From Bacilli bacterium (GTDB taxonomy: Bacteria; Bacillota_I; Bacilli_A; RF39; UBA660), in contig JAEDES010000004.1 in NCBI GenBank assembly GCA_016293205.1, positions 4,321-68,320 on the forward strand: 64,000 bases of DNA, given 5' to 3'. Both the position numbers and the translations under genes were made by a program. Positions 1-8,058 of this stretch are shown here, piece by piece. The notes beneath the pieces are model-generated. The model was given only the letters and a program-made list of their open reading frames with translations. It did no database searches and was not told where the DNA came from. Every line of letters begins with the position of its first letter. Position 1 is the first letter of the stretch.

Positions 1-172
1 CCATGTCTGTTTTTGCATATTTTCCATACTTATATGCATATACAATATCTTCATCTTTTATTTTGGGGAACAGTTCCTTTAGTAAATCTTGTAGTAATAA
101 ATTCTGAATCTTATATGGTCTTCCATTTATATTAGAAATAAATATTTGCTCATTTTGAAATCCATTTATCAT
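1..172 (-). CDS. hypothetical protein, first 57 codons only (gene runs off the left edge)
   Basis: ATG at 170-172 (minus), 4 nt after GGAGGTG (177-183). The frame is open to position 1. Translation: MINGFQNEQIFISNINGRPYKIQNLLLQDLLKELFPKIKDEDIVYAYKYGKYAKTDM. It does not look like frr, which normally follows pyrH. Confidence 0.45.
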   Translation of the reverse strand, partial: MINGFQNEQIFISNINGRPYKIQNLLLQDLLKELFPKIKDEDIVYAYKYGKYAKTDM

Positions 173-257
173 ATTACACCTCCAATTATATTATTAGCAA
201 AAAAAAGAAAGTTCTACACTCTCTTTTAGTTTATTAGCATATAAATATTTATTTTGT

Positions 258-280
258 AAAAAAGAGTTTAAAACTCTTTT
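258..280 (-). terminator. rho-independent terminator after pyrH
   Basis: Minus strand reads AAAAGAGTTT-T-AAACTCTTTT followed by TTAC. The palindromic stem abuts the pyrH stop codon. Confidence 0.6.
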
Positions 281-981
281 TAATTTTCTACTATTGTACC
301 AATTTCTTTTCCATCTATTAGTTTCTTTAAATTTCCTTTTTCATTTATATCAAATACTATTATTGGAATATTATTATCCATACATAATGATGTTGCTGTT
401 GTATCCATAACATTTAATTTTTTATTTAATACTTCTAAGTATGTTATTCTATCAATCTTTTCAGCATCATCATGTTTCTTTGGATCTTTTGTATAAATTC
501 CATCTACATTAGTTGCTTTTAATACAGCTTCGGCACCTATTTCTGCTGCTCTTAAAGCTGCTGCTGTATCTGTTGAGAAGAATGGTGATCCTGTTCCACA
601 CCCAAATACTACTACTCTATTCTTTGTTAAATGTTTTATTGCTCTATCCTTAATGTAGTATTCTGCTATTTGACGCATCTCAACTCCTGTTTGTACTCTT
701 ACATCTTGATTTAATTGTTTAAACGCATCTCCTATTGCTAAGGCGTTCATTGTTGTTCCTAACATTCCAATATAGTCAGAAGTGCATCTATCCATTTGTT
801 GATTACTTCTTCCTCTCCAGAAGTTTCCACCTCCTACTACGATTGCCACTTCAACACCTTTTGCTGCGATTTCTTTTATTTCACTACATATTTCTAATAC
901 TTTATCAAAATCAATTCCTGTTTTTTTATCTCCTGCTAGAGATTCACCACTTAATTTAATTAGTATTCTTTTGTATTTCAT
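280..981 (-). CDS. pyrH: UMP kinase
   Basis: KRILIKLSGESLAG and VVGGGNFWRG motifs of the amino-acid-kinase-fold UMP kinase. Start moved to the ATG at 979-981 (MKYKR), 5 nt after GGAGG. The track start at 993 is a TTG lying at the edge of that RBS. Confidence 0.93.
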   Translation of the reverse strand: MKYKRILIKLSGESLAGDKKTGIDFDKVLEICSEIKEIAAKGVEVAIVVGGGNFWRGRSNQQMDRCTSDYIGMLGTTMNALAIGDAFKQLNQDVRVQTGVEMRQIAEYYIKDRAIKHLTKNRVVVFGCGTGSPFFSTDTAAALRAAEIGAEAVLKATNVDGIYTKDPKKHDDAEKIDRITYLEVLNKKLNVMDTTATSLCMDNNIPIIVFDINEKGNLKKLIDGKEIGTIVEN

Positions 982-989
982 ATTTTCCT

Positions 990-1029
990 CCAAAAAAAGA
1001 CTTATTACTCAAATACGAATAATAAGTCT
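990..1029 (-). terminator. intrinsic terminator or attenuator immediately upstream of the pyrH RBS
   Basis: Minus strand: AGACTTATTA (1029-1020), 12-nt loop, TAATAAGTCT (1007-998), then a T-run (997-992) running straight into GGAGG-AAAAT-ATG of pyrH. Confidence 0.6.
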
Positions 1030-1073
1030 AAATAATAAAAAGGAGAAATTGATGTAATAGTTGTTTTCATCAT
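1005..1073 (-). CDS. 22-codon leader-type small ORF (MMKTTITSISPFYYLDLLFVFE)
   Basis: ATG at 1071-1073, 5 nt after GGAGGAG. The stop codon (1005-1007) lies inside the 3' arm of the terminator hairpin. Not in the ORF track because it is too short. Confidence 0.3.
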   Translation of the reverse strand: MMKTTITSISPFYYLDLLFVFE

Positions 1074-1093
1074 ATTATCTCCTCCTTTTTTAT

Positions 1094-1122
1094 ATCATAC
1101 CCTAAATAATTAAATTATTCAA
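1094..1122 (-). promoter_or_regulatory. sigma-A type promoter driving the leader ORF and pyrH
   Basis: Minus strand: TTGAAT (1122-1117), 17 nt, TATGAT (1099-1094). Confidence 0.5.
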
Positions 1123-1269
1123 TTATTTTATCGAGTATAGATAATTTCTCTATATTTAAATTATTTTTTCCTACTCCTAAAAATATATTTGGTTTAGTAT
1201 TTGGTCCATGATAGTCTGAACCTCCACTGATCAATAAATTATATTTATTTGCCAAGTACAACACAAGTT
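1115..1269 (-). pseudogene. C-terminal remnant (~50 codons) of a PHP-domain phosphoesterase
   Basis: Minus-frame translation LVLYLANKYNLLISGGSDYHGPNTKPNIFLGVGKNNLNIEKLSILDKIIE*. GGSDYHG is the C-terminal metal-binding motif of PHP-domain proteins. An in-frame stop lies just upstream, and there is no start codon or N-terminal domain. Confidence 0.5.
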
Positions 1270-1556
1270 ATTAACTCATCTTTTTCAGTCAATTATGTTG
1301 CTAGTAGATATAATGTTGTTTTAAACCCTTGTATTGAACTTGCTAGTTATTCATTAGCAGTTCAGTTTGCAAAGATTGGTATGGGTATAGGTTATGCAAC
1401 ACTTGAATATATACAAAAGAACTTGATAATAAAGAACTATTTGAATTAGATGTTTGTGATATACCTAGTCGTTTTATTGCAATTGGTTTATGTAAAAATA
1501 CTGTACCTAATTTCAGTACAAAGAAATTATTAGAAATTATAAATAAAAAAAGATAA
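1249..1556 (+). pseudogene. remnant of a LysR-type regulator (C-terminal effector-domain fragment, frameshifted)
   Basis: ELASYSLAVQFAKIGMGIGYATLEYIQK continues in another frame as KELDNKELFELDVCDIPSRFIAIGLCKNTVPNFSTKKLLEIINKKR*. The frame change falls at the A-run around 1414-1420. No HTH domain is present. Confidence 0.5.
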
Positions 1557-1572
1557 TTTTAGAGATTATCTT
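1550..1572. terminator. bidirectional hairpin between the LysR remnant and dxs
   Basis: AAGATAAT-TTTAGAG-ATTATCTT, flanked by T-runs on both strands. It overlaps the dxs stop codon. Confidence 0.55.
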
Positions 1573-3421
1573 TTATTTTGTTATAAATAGAATCTATATC
1601 TAGTTCTAGTTTTTCTAGTACTTTATTTCTATTTCCTTGTTCTATGAATTTATCTTCTATAGCGAAACATTTAATATTTGCTTTATAGTTATTGTTTTGT
1701 GCGTATGCACAAAGTCTTTCTCCTAATGAACCAATACTTGATACTTCTTCATATATAAAGATAGGTTTATTTGTATTTAATATTTCATTAAACATAGACT
1801 TATCAAATGGTTTTATATATCTTGCATTTACTATACTGATATCTATTTTATCTTCTTTTAGCTTTTCTCTTATTGCTTTGGCATTTTCTATGAAATCTCC
1901 ATATGTAATAAGTGTTGCATCTTTTCCATCTTCTAGTTTATCCCATGTACCAAGTTTTATCTTTTTAGGAGTTGTTTCTTGATATACTATTTTTGATCTT
2001 GAGTATCTAATTGCAACTGGTTTATTTAATTCAAAGGCTGTATATAACATATCATTTGATTCTATCGAATTATGTGGTGCCATTATCACCAAATTAGGAA
2101 TATGTTGTAAAAAGGCTATATCATAAATACCTTGATGAGTTTCTCCGTCATCTCCAACAATTCCTGCTCTATCTATTCCGATTACTACCGGTTGATTCAT
2201 TCTAGCAATATCTTGTTGTACTTGATCATATCCTCTTTGTAAGAATGTTGAATAAATTGATACAAAAGGTTTCTTTCCTTCTATAGCCATAGCATTTGCT
2301 AAAACTAGAGCATGCTCTTCTGCTATTCCTACATCTATAAATCTTTTGGGATAAGTTGCTTTAAAGTTATTTAATTTTGCTCCATTTGCCATTGCTGGAG
2401 TTATTGCAATAATATCTTCATCTTTTTTTGCTAAATTAATTAGTTGTTTTGATATTACTTCACTCCAACTTATCTTATCTGTATCACTTGAAATTGTTTT
2501 TCCTGTTTCTATATCAAATGCTGATATTCCATGCCATTTTCCTTCTTTATCATTTTCTGCGTGAACATAACCTTTTCCTTTTTCAGTAATTACATGTAAT
2601 AGTACTGGATGATCTGCTTTTTTTGCTATTTCTAAGTAAGTTTCTAATTCATCAAAATCATGTCCATTTATTGGTCCATAATAATCAAAACCAAATTCTT
2701 CAAATAATGCTCCTTCTTTTACATACATTTTCTTTAATGTATCTTTTGTAAAACTTACAAATTTATTTAATGGATTTCCAATGAATGGAATCATTTTTAT
2801 AATATTTTTTGTATGTTTTTTTGCTTTAGCATATTTAAAATTACTTCTGATTTTATCTAACATATTGTTTATTGCACCAACATTTTTAGAAATACTCATT
2901 TCATTATCATTAAGAATTACAATTAATGGTGTTTTTAGGCTACCAATATGATTTAAGGCTTCATAGGCAAGTCCATTTCCAATTGAACCATCCCCTATTA
3001 CAGCAACGACATTATATTTCTTTTTATTCATATCTCTCGCAAGAGCATATCCTAATGCTGCAGATAGGCTTGTTGATGAGTGACCTGCTTCATATACATC
3101 ATGAATGCTTTCTTTTCTTTTTTGAAAACCAGATAGACCGTTCATTTGACGTAGCTTATCAAAATCTTTTGCTCTACCAGTTAGTATTTTATGTGTATAC
3201 GATTGATGTCCAACATCAAATATTATTTTATCTTTTGGACTATCAAATACTTTATGAATTGCAATTGTTAAATCAACAATACCTAAGTTTGAGGAAACAT
3301 GTCCTCCTGTTTTAGATATTTTTTCTATTAAAAATTTTCTTATATCCTCACTTAGTTTTTCTAAGTCTTTCTTTTTTAATTTCTTTAAAAATTTGGGATT
3401 TTGTATATCAAGTATATTCAT
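1559..3421 (-). CDS. dxs: 1-deoxy-D-xylulose-5-phosphate synthase
   Basis: 620 aa. GHQSYTHKILTGR, GHSSTSLSAALG and IGDGSIGNGLAYEALN (ThDP-binding) motifs. GGAGGT RBS. Confidence 0.95.
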   Translation of the reverse strand: MNILDIQNPKFLKKLKKKDLEKLSEDIRKFLIEKISKTGGHVSSNLGIVDLTIAIHKVFDSPKDKIIFDVGHQSYTHKILTGRAKDFDKLRQMNGLSGFQKRKESIHDVYEAGHSSTSLSAALGYALARDMNKKKYNVVAVIGDGSIGNGLAYEALNHIGSLKTPLIVILNDNEMSISKNVGAINNMLDKIRSNFKYAKAKKHTKNIIKMIPFIGNPLNKFVSFTKDTLKKMYVKEGALFEEFGFDYYGPINGHDFDELETYLEIAKKADHPVLLHVITEKGKGYVHAENDKEGKWHGISAFDIETGKTISSDTDKISWSEVISKQLINLAKKDEDIIAITPAMANGAKLNNFKATYPKRFIDVGIAEEHALVLANAMAIEGKKPFVSIYSTFLQRGYDQVQQDIARMNQPVVIGIDRAGIVGDDGETHQGIYDIAFLQHIPNLVIMAPHNSIESNDMLYTAFELNKPVAIRYSRSKIVYQETTPKKIKLGTWDKLEDGKDATLITYGDFIENAKAIREKLKEDKIDISIVNARYIKPFDKSMFNEILNTNKPIFIYEEVSSIGSLGERLCAYAQNNNYKANIKCFAIEDKFIEQGNRNKVLEKLELDIDSIYNKIKDNL

Positions 3422-3443
3422 GTTACCTCCTGCTCCCCTATTT

Positions 3444-4052
3444 TTATTTCTTTTTAAAATGTGTGTGATCTACTCCGCAGATAGGACAAATAAATCCTTC
3501 TGGCACTTCTCCTTTATGTTGATATCCACAAACGTCACATACATATACATCATCTTCTACTTTTTCTTCAATATATGTTGGAGCGTTTTTTGGAGCTTTT
3601 CCTTTTACTACTTCATGATAATATTTATAAGTCATAGGTATATTATCATTTTCTTTTTTTGCATCAATTACTCTTCCTAAAAAGATATCGTGTGTTTCGC
3701 AGTCAATTATATCTACTACTTCACAAATTAAATATCCTATTGTTTGTTTTTTCAATACTTTTATATTATTTATTTCTTCATATTCAAAGTTTTCAAATTT
3801 ATTGTTTTCTTTTGATGATGAGAATCCAAATACTGAGATTAGATTTGGATTAGTCTTTTCTGAAATAATTGATACAGCAAATTTCTTTTCTTTCTTTATT
3901 TGTTCATTTGTATAATTATTTTTATTTAAGCTAATGGAGATTATTGGATTTTCACTTGTGATTTGAGTCATTGTGTTAATAATACAACCTGCATTTTGTG
4001 TTGTTACTACATACATTCCGTATGATACATCTCTAAAAATACTTTTATCCAT
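3444..4052 (-). CDS. flavin reductase-like domain fused to a C-terminal rubredoxin (high-molecular-weight rubredoxin type)
   Basis: N-terminal FMN-binding split-barrel-like region. C-terminal YVCDVCGYQHKGEVPEGFICPICGVDH carries two CxxC pairs. Confidence 0.8.
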   Translation of the reverse strand: MDKSIFRDVSYGMYVVTTQNAGCIINTMTQITSENPIISISLNKNNYTNEQIKKEKKFAVSIISEKTNPNLISVFGFSSSKENNKFENFEYEEINNIKVLKKQTIGYLICEVVDIIDCETHDIFLGRVIDAKKENDNIPMTYKYYHEVVKGKAPKNAPTYIEEKVEDDVYVCDVCGYQHKGEVPEGFICPICGVDHTHFKKK

Positions 4053-4053
4053 A

Positions 4054-4803
4054 TTACATCACTAGTCCTCCATCAACTTGAATAATTGTTCCTGTTGTGA
4101 ACTTAGATAAGTCACTTGCAAGATATAAATATGCTCCTGCTAGATCTGTTGGTTCAGCCATTTTGTTTAGTGGAGTCATTCTTAATAATCCTTGTTTCAT
4201 TTCTTCTGTAACAATATTCATCATATCTGTTGCTACTACACCAGGAGCTACTGCATTTACTCTTATGTTATACATACCTAGTTCTTTTGCTAAAGATTTT
4301 GTTAATCCATTGATAGCAAATTTGCTTGATGCATATGCAGCTTGATTTCTTGAACCATAAGTTCCAACCATAGATGATGTATTGATAATACTTCCACCTG
4401 TTTCTTTCATATGTTTTACTACTTCTCTTGTTAATGATACTACTCCAAAAAAGTTAATTTGGAACATTTCCATAAATTGTTCGTCAGTTGAATCTAATAA
4501 AGATACATTTGAAGTAATTCCTGCATTATTTACTAATACATCAATTCTTTCCCATTTATTTATTACTTCATCTACTGATGATTTCATACTACTGTTGTCT
4601 TTCATATTTAGTCCAATACCCATAATATTATCATCTGTTAGATTTAATTCCTCTCTCATTTTTGTTACTGCTTTTTCAGCATTTTCTTTTGTAGAACCAC
4701 AGATAACTACTTTAGCATTATTTTCTAGAAATAATCTTGCAATTGAGTTACCTATACCTCTTGTGCTTCCTGTTATTAAAGCTACTTTATTTTCTAAATT
4801 CAT
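4054..4803 (-). CDS. short-chain dehydrogenase/reductase, FabG-like
   Basis: TGSTRGIG cofactor motif, NNAG, and the YASSK catalytic YxxxK. GGAGG RBS. Confidence 0.85.
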   Translation of the reverse strand: MNLENKVALITGSTRGIGNSIARLFLENNAKVVICGSTKENAEKAVTKMREELNLTDDNIMGIGLNMKDNSSMKSSVDEVINKWERIDVLVNNAGITSNVSLLDSTDEQFMEMFQINFFGVVSLTREVVKHMKETGGSIINTSSMVGTYGSRNQAAYASSKFAINGLTKSLAKELGMYNIRVNAVAPGVVATDMMNIVTEEMKQGLLRMTPLNKMAEPTDLAGAYLYLASDLSKFTTGTIIQVDGGLVM

Positions 4804-4833
4804 ATATTAATCCTCCTTATTTGTCTTATTTTT

Positions 4834-4870
4834 ATTATATCACAGATTATTTATATTGGTATGATATAAT
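4834..4870. promoter_or_regulatory. divergent pair of extended -10 elements (SDR operon on minus, M16 pair on plus)
   Basis: ATTATATCA (4834-4842, which reads TGATATAAT on minus) and TGATATAAT (4862-4870, plus). Together they form a perfect 9-bp inverted repeat spaced by 19 bp. The -35 boxes are poor. Confidence 0.45.
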
Positions 4871-4886
4871 TATGTTGAGGTGTATT

Positions 4887-6134
4887 ATGAAAAGAATAAT
4901 TGATAAGAATTTATTTTTTGTTAAGAATAAAGATTTTCATACTATTGTAATTAGAGTTATATTTCCTATGTATGAGTTTGAAAAAGACTTAGCTACTTCA
5001 ATATTATTTTCTCCACTTGTAAGTTATATGAATGAAGAATATGATACTGAGGATAAATTTTATAGAGAAAAACAAAAGAAATATATATTAAATACAAATG
5101 TTACTAGAAATATTGTTGGCAATAATGCTTTTGTTTCTTATAATATGATAATTCCTGATGTAGATAGTTTAAAAGAAGATTATTTAGATGAACAATTTGA
5201 ATTATTTGAGAAAATGATTTACCATCCTAAAATTATTGATGGTGGATTTGATGAGTTTGAATTTGAAAGAGAAAGAAAAGATTTAAAACAAAGAATTGCT
5301 AATGGGATGAAGAATTTACAAGTATATCATTCTGTAAAATTAATGGAATATATTGATACTATTGGTGTTATTAGCAGAAGTATTAGTAATCATCAAGAGT
5401 TAATAGATGAAGCCACTAGATATGAAGTTTACGAGTTTTATAAACATAATATTTTAAACAATAGTCCTGTTGTCTTTGTATTTGGTAATTTTGATGATGA
5501 AAAAGTTACTTCTTTATGTAAAAAATATTTATTAAAAAATAAAGTTATTTCATATGATGAAGATTACAATCATTTCTTAGAACCTAGAGATGAAGTTAAT
5601 TTTATTCATGAAAAAAGTAATTTTAAAGATTCTGTTTTATCATTAGTTTATAAAGTTAAAAATATGACTGAGGATGATTTTATTAAATTATCACTTGTAA
5701 GTGGATTACTTTCATCTGGGTCTTCTAGATTATTGATGAAGAAACTTAGAGATGAAGAAGAAATTGTTTATTCTGCAAGTTCTGGGGCAATTGTAAGATC
5801 TGGTGTTTTAATTATTGATTGCTTTATAAATAAAAATAATAAAGATTTAGCATTTTCAAAAGTTAAAGAGGTTATGGAATCTTTAAAAAATACTGAGTTT
5901 ATTAAACCTTTCTTAGAAAATATTGTTGAAAGATCTAGATTAAATCAACTTAGATTGTTAGATGATAAGACTTCTTTATTAGATGATGTGGTTGTTAAAG
6001 AATTAGGTATTGATATTACTAGTAAAGAAAGACATGAATTAATTAAAAATATTTCTAGTGAAGAAATTAGTGATTTTATGGATAGTCTTGTTTTAGATAC
6101 AGTTTATTTTCTTGAGGAGGAAGAACATGAGTAA
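4887..6134 (+). CDS. M16-family peptidase-like protein lacking the HxxEH zinc motif (probable non-catalytic partner)
   Basis: Start moved to the ATG at 4887 (MKRIIDKN), 4 nt after GAGGTG (4877-4882); the track N-terminus from 4737 runs back through the divergent promoter region. M16-like length and an 8-nt overlap (ATGAGTAA) with the next gene. Confidence 0.7.
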   Translation: MKRIIDKNLFFVKNKDFHTIVIRVIFPMYEFEKDLATSILFSPLVSYMNEEYDTEDKFYREKQKKYILNTNVTRNIVGNNAFVSYNMIIPDVDSLKEDYLDEQFELFEKMIYHPKIIDGGFDEFEFERERKDLKQRIANGMKNLQVYHSVKLMEYIDTIGVISRSISNHQELIDEATRYEVYEFYKHNILNNSPVVFVFGNFDDEKVTSLCKKYLLKNKVISYDEDYNHFLEPRDEVNFIHEKSNFKDSVLSLVYKVKNMTEDDFIKLSLVSGLLSSGSSRLLMKKLRDEEEIVYSASSGAIVRSGVLIIDCFINKNNKDLAFSKVKEVMESLKNTEFIKPFLENIVERSRLNQLRLLDDKTSLLDDVVVKELGIDITSKERHELIKNISSEEISDFMDSLVLDTVYFLEEEEHE

Positions 6135-7371
6135 GATTGAGAAAGTTACTTTAGATAATGGTTTAGATATATACTTTTATTTAGATAAAAAAAGACATTC
6201 TGTTTTCTTCCAACATATTACTAAGTTTGGTGGTGCAACTAAGGATTTTATTAGTAATGGTAAGACTTATCATATTCAAGATGGTATTGCTCATATATTA
6301 GAACACTATATTGTAGAAGAAAACAAATATGGTAACTTTTTAAAGTTATTGGGAGAAGCACAAATGAGTACTAATGCCTCTACTCATTTAGATATGACTA
6401 GATTTTATTTTAGTGCAGTAGAAAATGTAGAGTTTGGTATTAGAACATTATTAAAAGGTATATATGCTCCTTTATTTGATGAAGAAAGACTAACTCGAAT
6501 AAAAGGACCTATTTATCAAGAACTTAGGGGTCGTTCTAATAATAAGTTTTATGGATTAAATATGAAAACTTATGATACTATTTTTAATCATTTTAAGTTT
6601 AGAAGTGTTGGTGGTACTTTAGAAGAAGTTGAAAGGACAACAATAGATGATCTTAAACTATGTTTTGAAACTTTTTATCAACCTAGTAATCAATTTATTG
6701 TAGTTGGTGGAAATTTTAATAAAGATGAAATACTCGAAATTATAAAAGATGAGTATAATAAGCTCGACATAAAAAAGATAGACTTTGAAGTTCTAAAACT
6801 AGAAGAAACTGATGAAGTTAATAATGAGTATCATGAGATTGAATTTCCTACTGGAGAAAATTATTTAGAAGTTAATTATAAAATTAATTTGGATAAATAT
6901 ACTAATGATGAAGCTTTGAAATTAGACTTTTATTTTAACTTTTTCTTTAAGATGTTTTTTAGTATAACTTCTCCTTTATATAATAAATTAGTTAAAGAAG
7001 AAATTATTACTGATGGATTATCTTGTGGTATAAGTAAAGTTAATAATTACATTGTTGCATCTATGGGAACACATACAAGTAAGATGGATAGATTAAAAGA
7101 TGAAATTATTAAGACAGTAAAAGAATTAAAGGATTTCGATGAAGAGAAATTTGAATTAGACAAAAAACAGGTCATTTTAAGTATAATCTTAAGAGAAGAA
7201 AATATTGGATCAACTGTTATGCCTTTTGTTAATAATATAGTTATGTATAATTGTGATTATCCAGATAGTGTTGAGCAAGTAATGAGTTATACATATGATG
7301 ATTTTGTTAAAACTATTAAAGAAATAGATTTTAGTAATTATAGTGTTGGAGTTATAAAAAATAAAGAATAA
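6127..7371 (+). CDS. M16-family zinc peptidase (pitrilysin-like), catalytic subunit
   Basis: HILEH (HxxEH) at 6292-6306. Start at the ATG at 6127 after GAGGAGG. Confidence 0.8.
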   Translation: MSKIEKVTLDNGLDIYFYLDKKRHSVFFQHITKFGGATKDFISNGKTYHIQDGIAHILEHYIVEENKYGNFLKLLGEAQMSTNASTHLDMTRFYFSAVENVEFGIRTLLKGIYAPLFDEERLTRIKGPIYQELRGRSNNKFYGLNMKTYDTIFNHFKFRSVGGTLEEVERTTIDDLKLCFETFYQPSNQFIVVGGNFNKDEILEIIKDEYNKLDIKKIDFEVLKLEETDEVNNEYHEIEFPTGENYLEVNYKINLDKYTNDEALKLDFYFNFFFKMFFSITSPLYNKLVKEEIITDGLSCGISKVNNYIVASMGTHTSKMDRLKDEIIKTVKELKDFDEEKFELDKKQVILSIILREENIGSTVMPFVNNIVMYNCDYPDSVEQVMSYTYDDFVKTIKEIDFSNYSVGVIKNKE

Positions 7372-7384
7372 TCATTTTTTGTGA

Positions 7385-7921
7385 TTATTCTTTTTTTAAT
7401 AATATATCTTCTATTTCTTTCCATGATGATACTCTTATTTCATCAGTTAGTTCATCATTATAATTATGCCATGCTGAGAAAAGATATTTTTCTTTAGCAC
7501 CTTGTAAGTTCTTTTTACGATCATCGATTGCAATATCAAAATTTAATAAAGTCTTATTTGTTGTAAATATGTATTTTGAGGCTGGAATAAATGGTAAGTT
7601 TTCTTGTAAGTATTCATATTTATATTTTAAGTTAGATGCTGAGATATCATGTTCTTGATCCCATAAATATGAAGTTACAATATAAATATCATATTCTTCA
7701 TTTAATTTTTTTAGTACTTCATAGGCATCTTTGATAAGTGGTGCACCTTCATATAAAGCGTTTTTTCTTAATTTATTCCAAAATGATTGTTTATTTTCAA
7801 TTAGATTTTGTAAATAAAATGTGTCCCCTACTTTTATTTCTCTTCCAATTTCATCACTGATTATTTTTAAAACATTTCCATCAGTTATGACATTGTCCAT
7901 ATCTATCATTAGTGTTTTCAT
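7385..7921 (-). CDS. HAD-superfamily 5'(3')-deoxyribonucleotidase-like protein
   Basis: N-terminal MIDMDNVITDG (DxDxV/T nucleophile motif). ~178 aa, the usual size of NT5C/YorS-like proteins. Confidence 0.65.
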   Translation of the reverse strand: MKTLMIDMDNVITDGNVLKIISDEIGREIKVGDTFYLQNLIENKQSFWNKLRKNALYEGAPLIKDAYEVLKKLNEEYDIYIVTSYLWDQEHDISASNLKYKYEYLQENLPFIPASKYIFTTNKTLLNFDIAIDDRKKNLQGAKEKYLFSAWHNYNDELTDEIRVSSWKEIEDILLKKE

Positions 7922-8058
7922 GTTGCCTCCTTAATTATTTTTATATTATATCATATGATATTTATAATTCTAGTTAATATTGACAAGTTTACATATTGAT
8001 TTACTTTGTGTATTGTTAAAAAAATATATTTATTTTATTATATTATTAAGGTGATAAT

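Noticed and set aside
735-959. Antisense ORF inside pyrH. The same class covers many other track ORFs lying opposite strongly supported genes, for example 1692-1982, 2926-3315, 3393-3680, 3659-3853, 4097-4345, 4382-4810, 10531-10788, 11469-11726, 13055-13399, 14750-14977, 15434-15634, 17455-17742, 18738-18929, 19904-20098, 23590-24263, 24732-24977, 32989-33363, 34903-35115, 36207-36449, 39604-39819, 40254-40466, 43486-45226, 48104-48316, 50610-51133, 51597-51914, 55104-55301, 56031-56264, 57201-57876, 60262-60465 and 62147-62368.
   Set aside because: Each one overlaps a gene with clear family motifs on the other strand. They lack Shine-Dalgarno sequences. Their Leu/Phe/Ser/Ile-rich low-complexity translations are typical of shadow frames in AT-rich DNA.
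4737-4886. Long N-terminal extension of the first M16-like ORF as given in the track.
   Set aside because: The extension runs back through the divergent promoter region and overlaps the SDR gene start. A proper GAGGTG RBS precedes the internal ATG at 4887.
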